This document shows, piece after piece, positions 61,406-64,000 of a stretch of 64,000 bases of DNA (positions are counted from its first letter, which is position 1; each line of letters starts with the position of its first letter). Position numbers and translations under genes: made by a program. Where the stretch lies: NCBI RefSeq assembly GCF_964194025.1, contig NC_134475.1:66588001-66652000 (forward strand), read 5' to 3'. Under the pieces are notes generated by a model. The model saw only the letters and a list, made by a program, of their open reading frames with translations. It ran no database searches and was not told where the DNA came from. This DNA comes from Convolutriloba macropyga (taxonomy: Eukaryota).

Positions 61406-61855
61406 ATGGATCTAACAATGTACCCGGTGATCCCCGAATACCATCCGGATGAGTTCGAGGATGAGGAGAAATGGGTGTGGGAGTCCTTTATGTTGGGACT
61501 GAGGTTACGAATCAAAATGATCCGTGTGTCCTTCCACTATCTGATAGTGGAGTTGAGGGAAGACGGTGGATTTGTCCTTCTGGAGGAGGGGAGTGGCCCA
61601 TGGCACGAGCTGAGGGGCTTCCTATCGAAGGATTGGTCGGCCAATTCCAGTGAGATTGCAGAGGAGGGCGATGGAGCTAGTTCCTTCCATCCAAGTGTTG
61701 GCTCAGAGAGTATCGATTCGCTGAGGGTGGGGTCTACCGACAGGCTTACCAGCTACTCCTCCTACTTCGAAGAGCTATCGACGGAGTCGGAGAGTGGAGG
61801 AGTTTTTGAACTAGAGTCTATTTCCAGCGAAGATGACTGCGTTTTTGTCAGCTAA
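61406..61855 (+). CDS. Sense accessory ORF-B, ~149 aa acidic Ser-rich protein, unknown function
   Basis: ATG at 61406 (alternative ACAATG start at 61418). A GC-richer block coincides with the ORF, which ends ~170 nt before the 3' LTR. Confidence 0.6.
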   Translation: MDLTMYPVIPEYHPDEFEDEEKWVWESFMLGLRLRIKMIRVSFHYLIVELREDGGFVLLEEGSGPWHELRGFLSKDWSANSSEIAEEGDGASSFHPSVGSESIDSLRVGSTDRLTSYSSYFEELSTESESGGVFELESISSEDDCVFVS

Positions 61856-62016
61856 AGTTTCACGATTGGTGGAAAAGAGGCTGATTTGATCCTAAATTCT
61901 ATAGTATATTATTATTAAAATCAAATTAAAGCGAATGGGACAGGGGGTCAAGGTAGTATGAGTATAGTGAGTAGTCTTTTTCTAAGTTTAGCAATTATTC
62001 GGGAGAATAATAGTCT

Positions 62017-62028
62017 AGAAGGGAGGAG
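62017..62028 (+). promoter_or_regulatory. Polypurine tract AGAAGGGAGGAG
   Basis: Directly abuts the TG of the 3' LTR. Confidence 0.9.
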
Positions 62029-63173
62029 TGTAAAATTTGTGAAAACCTACTTTTTCTCGCAAAATGTCGCAATAAAAATGGATACAACTTGAAATTCAAA
62101 AATCGGTCCTAAACAAGTTGTTAGCATCTATAATGGCTTGCATTTGAACACCATTTGGTGAATCGAATGTTGGTGGGACAAATTAAGGTGGATTTGAAAG
62201 TTGAGTAGGTAAAATAGTGATTTTCTGGGGGTGACCGAATTTATAAAAGTTAGTTATGATTCGGAATTTACCTCAACATGCTCAAACTTGATAGGGAGTT
62301 AGTGCATACCTTGAGGCAAGTTCCGCTGTTGTCAATTCCAGGGAATTTGTTTTAGAGATACCATGGGGGGAACTTTAGACTTCCAAATAAGGCTTAGATT
62401 CTTGAGTTCATAGTTTGACCGGTTGATTAATTGGTAGCGTCATGAGTCTGATACGGCTTTTGTGTTAGTTTAAATAGCTTAAGTAGAAGTCAGCAATGTA
62501 TAAAGAAGGCGTTCAGGTCATTCAATTGTTCTTTTAAAGTCATAACGAACTCTACGTAAGTGAGGACCATTTGTTGTCCATAGCAGCGGTTTGAACAAAG
62601 TTGTTGTTCACGCGTTGTAATACGTCGTGATTCGAGTAGTTGCCAAGAGGGAGTAAACCAACATGGTTGTTATTGTGGCAGCAGAGCTATAGAAGGCTCC
62701 AAATAACTCTGACATCGTAGAGGAGTTCAACTTAAGTAATAAAAAAGAGAGAGAGAAGAGCTGTTGTGAAGTGAAGTTGGTCTTTCTTGATAGAAGAATG
62801 ACTTTTGTAAAGAATATCGAGAGCCAAGAACGAGAGGTTCGTGAGGCTGATATCAGAGCAGATAACTTTACTTACTCAGTTTGATTTAGAGAGTTTGGGA
62901 TCTTGTGATAAATTCCATTATCTTAATTTGAATTAATTTCTGTTGCTTAAAACCCAAATTGATTTATTCTTGATTCTGTTGATTTATACTATCAAATTAT
63001 ATCAATTTATCTTTGAGCAACCGAGTTGATTCTGAGCCGGAGACAGAGCAAGCCGGGGACACCGTGAGTAAACTTTGTAGAAAACCTTTCCACCAAAATA
63101 AACCTTTCAAGTTAGGATTTCGGGTGGTAGTGTCTCCCCGCCTATTAACCTAGTCTAAATACGAAATTCTACA
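62029..63173 (+). repeat. 3' LTR (1145 bp)
   Basis: Near-identical to the 5' LTR and followed by the TSD TTTTG. Confidence 0.97.
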
Positions 63174-64000
63174 TTTTGTAACAATCCATAGCACACAAAG
63201 ACATTCACCTGATTAGTGGCGTTTGAAGCACCTAATTAGACAGGACATATTTTAAGGGTCCAATCATTTATACTTTCAAAATAAAGGGTCAACCTTTTGC
63301 ATATCACATAATGAACCTGAGAATTGAGACAAACGAAAAGATTCGCTGGCTTACATCTGCAATTTGTTGCATTCCAGTTTTGACAAAATCCGGCAGGAGA
63401 AAACACGTGGAAAGCGGAGTGATTTCTCTAAATTTGCCTGAACCATTTTTTATTTTACCATTCATTAGCCAACTGACCCGTCTGAGTCATCATCAAGTTC
63501 GTATTTTTTTAAGATAAGGGGTTTTGCCCAAATGTCAAACTTTTCTCTTTTGCTTGGAATTGTTTTTCACTATCAGTTTTCTATTTTCCTTATTTTAATA
63601 CATTTTGGGTTTTTTCATCGGTGGAAATCTCATCTTGTTTTGCTTCTAATTTTTTTCTATAATGAAAATAAGTTATTAAGCTCTGAGATAGAATGTGACT
63701 CGCAGAATGACCTGAGGATCAGTTTTTGTTTGTATTTTTTTGTTGAAACTTTTGTTGAATTATTGGTTCCGGGCCCTAAGCTAAGAAGACTGAAATACGA
63801 CGTTAAAAAAACCTTGGTATGTTCAGATTGTTCGATTTGGCAGGCAACAGTTGGTAATTTTGGCCTGGAACCTAAGAAGGATTTGGTAGGTTCGGTTTCG
63901 CAAGATTCGGTATGTTCCCTTTGAATCGTAAAGATAAACAATTTTTTATCGTACGAAAATTTGAGTTTTTCTGTATATAATGTAGTAAAATTTCCGATTG

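Larger units (their letters stand above)
51229..63173 (+). mobile_element. Full-length env-bearing Ty3/Gypsy LTR retroelement (endogenous retrovirus), 11.9 kb
   Basis: TG..CA LTRs at 51229-52384 and 62029-63173; 5-bp TSD TTTTG at 51224-51228 and 63174-63178; PBS, PPT, gag, PR-RT-RH-IN pol and env. Confidence 0.97.

Overview
AT-rich eukaryotic (metazoan, probably invertebrate) genomic DNA with two assembly gaps. It carries one recognisable host gene: a SOCS7-like gene on the + strand, with coding exons 21743-23096, 25784-25836 and 39625-39796 and the 3' exons not found. The rest is transposon-derived: a BEL/Pao 5' fragment (1-2086, -), a 5'-truncated CR1/L2-group LINE (~4620-6373, -), a decayed BEL/Pao element (~11840-17330, +) and many MITE-like or foldback elements. 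The main feature is a young, full-length Ty3/Gypsy endogenous retrovirus at 51229-63173. It has near-identical ~1.15 kb LTRs, a TTTTG target-site duplication, a tRNA-Asn-like PBS, CCHC gag, a -1 frameshift signal, and PR-RT-RH-IN pol with one 1-bp lesion. It also has an intact 774-aa class I fusion (F-type) env and two divergently oriented, unrecognised acidic accessory ORFs between env and the 3' LTR. All calls were made by eye; no database searches were run.
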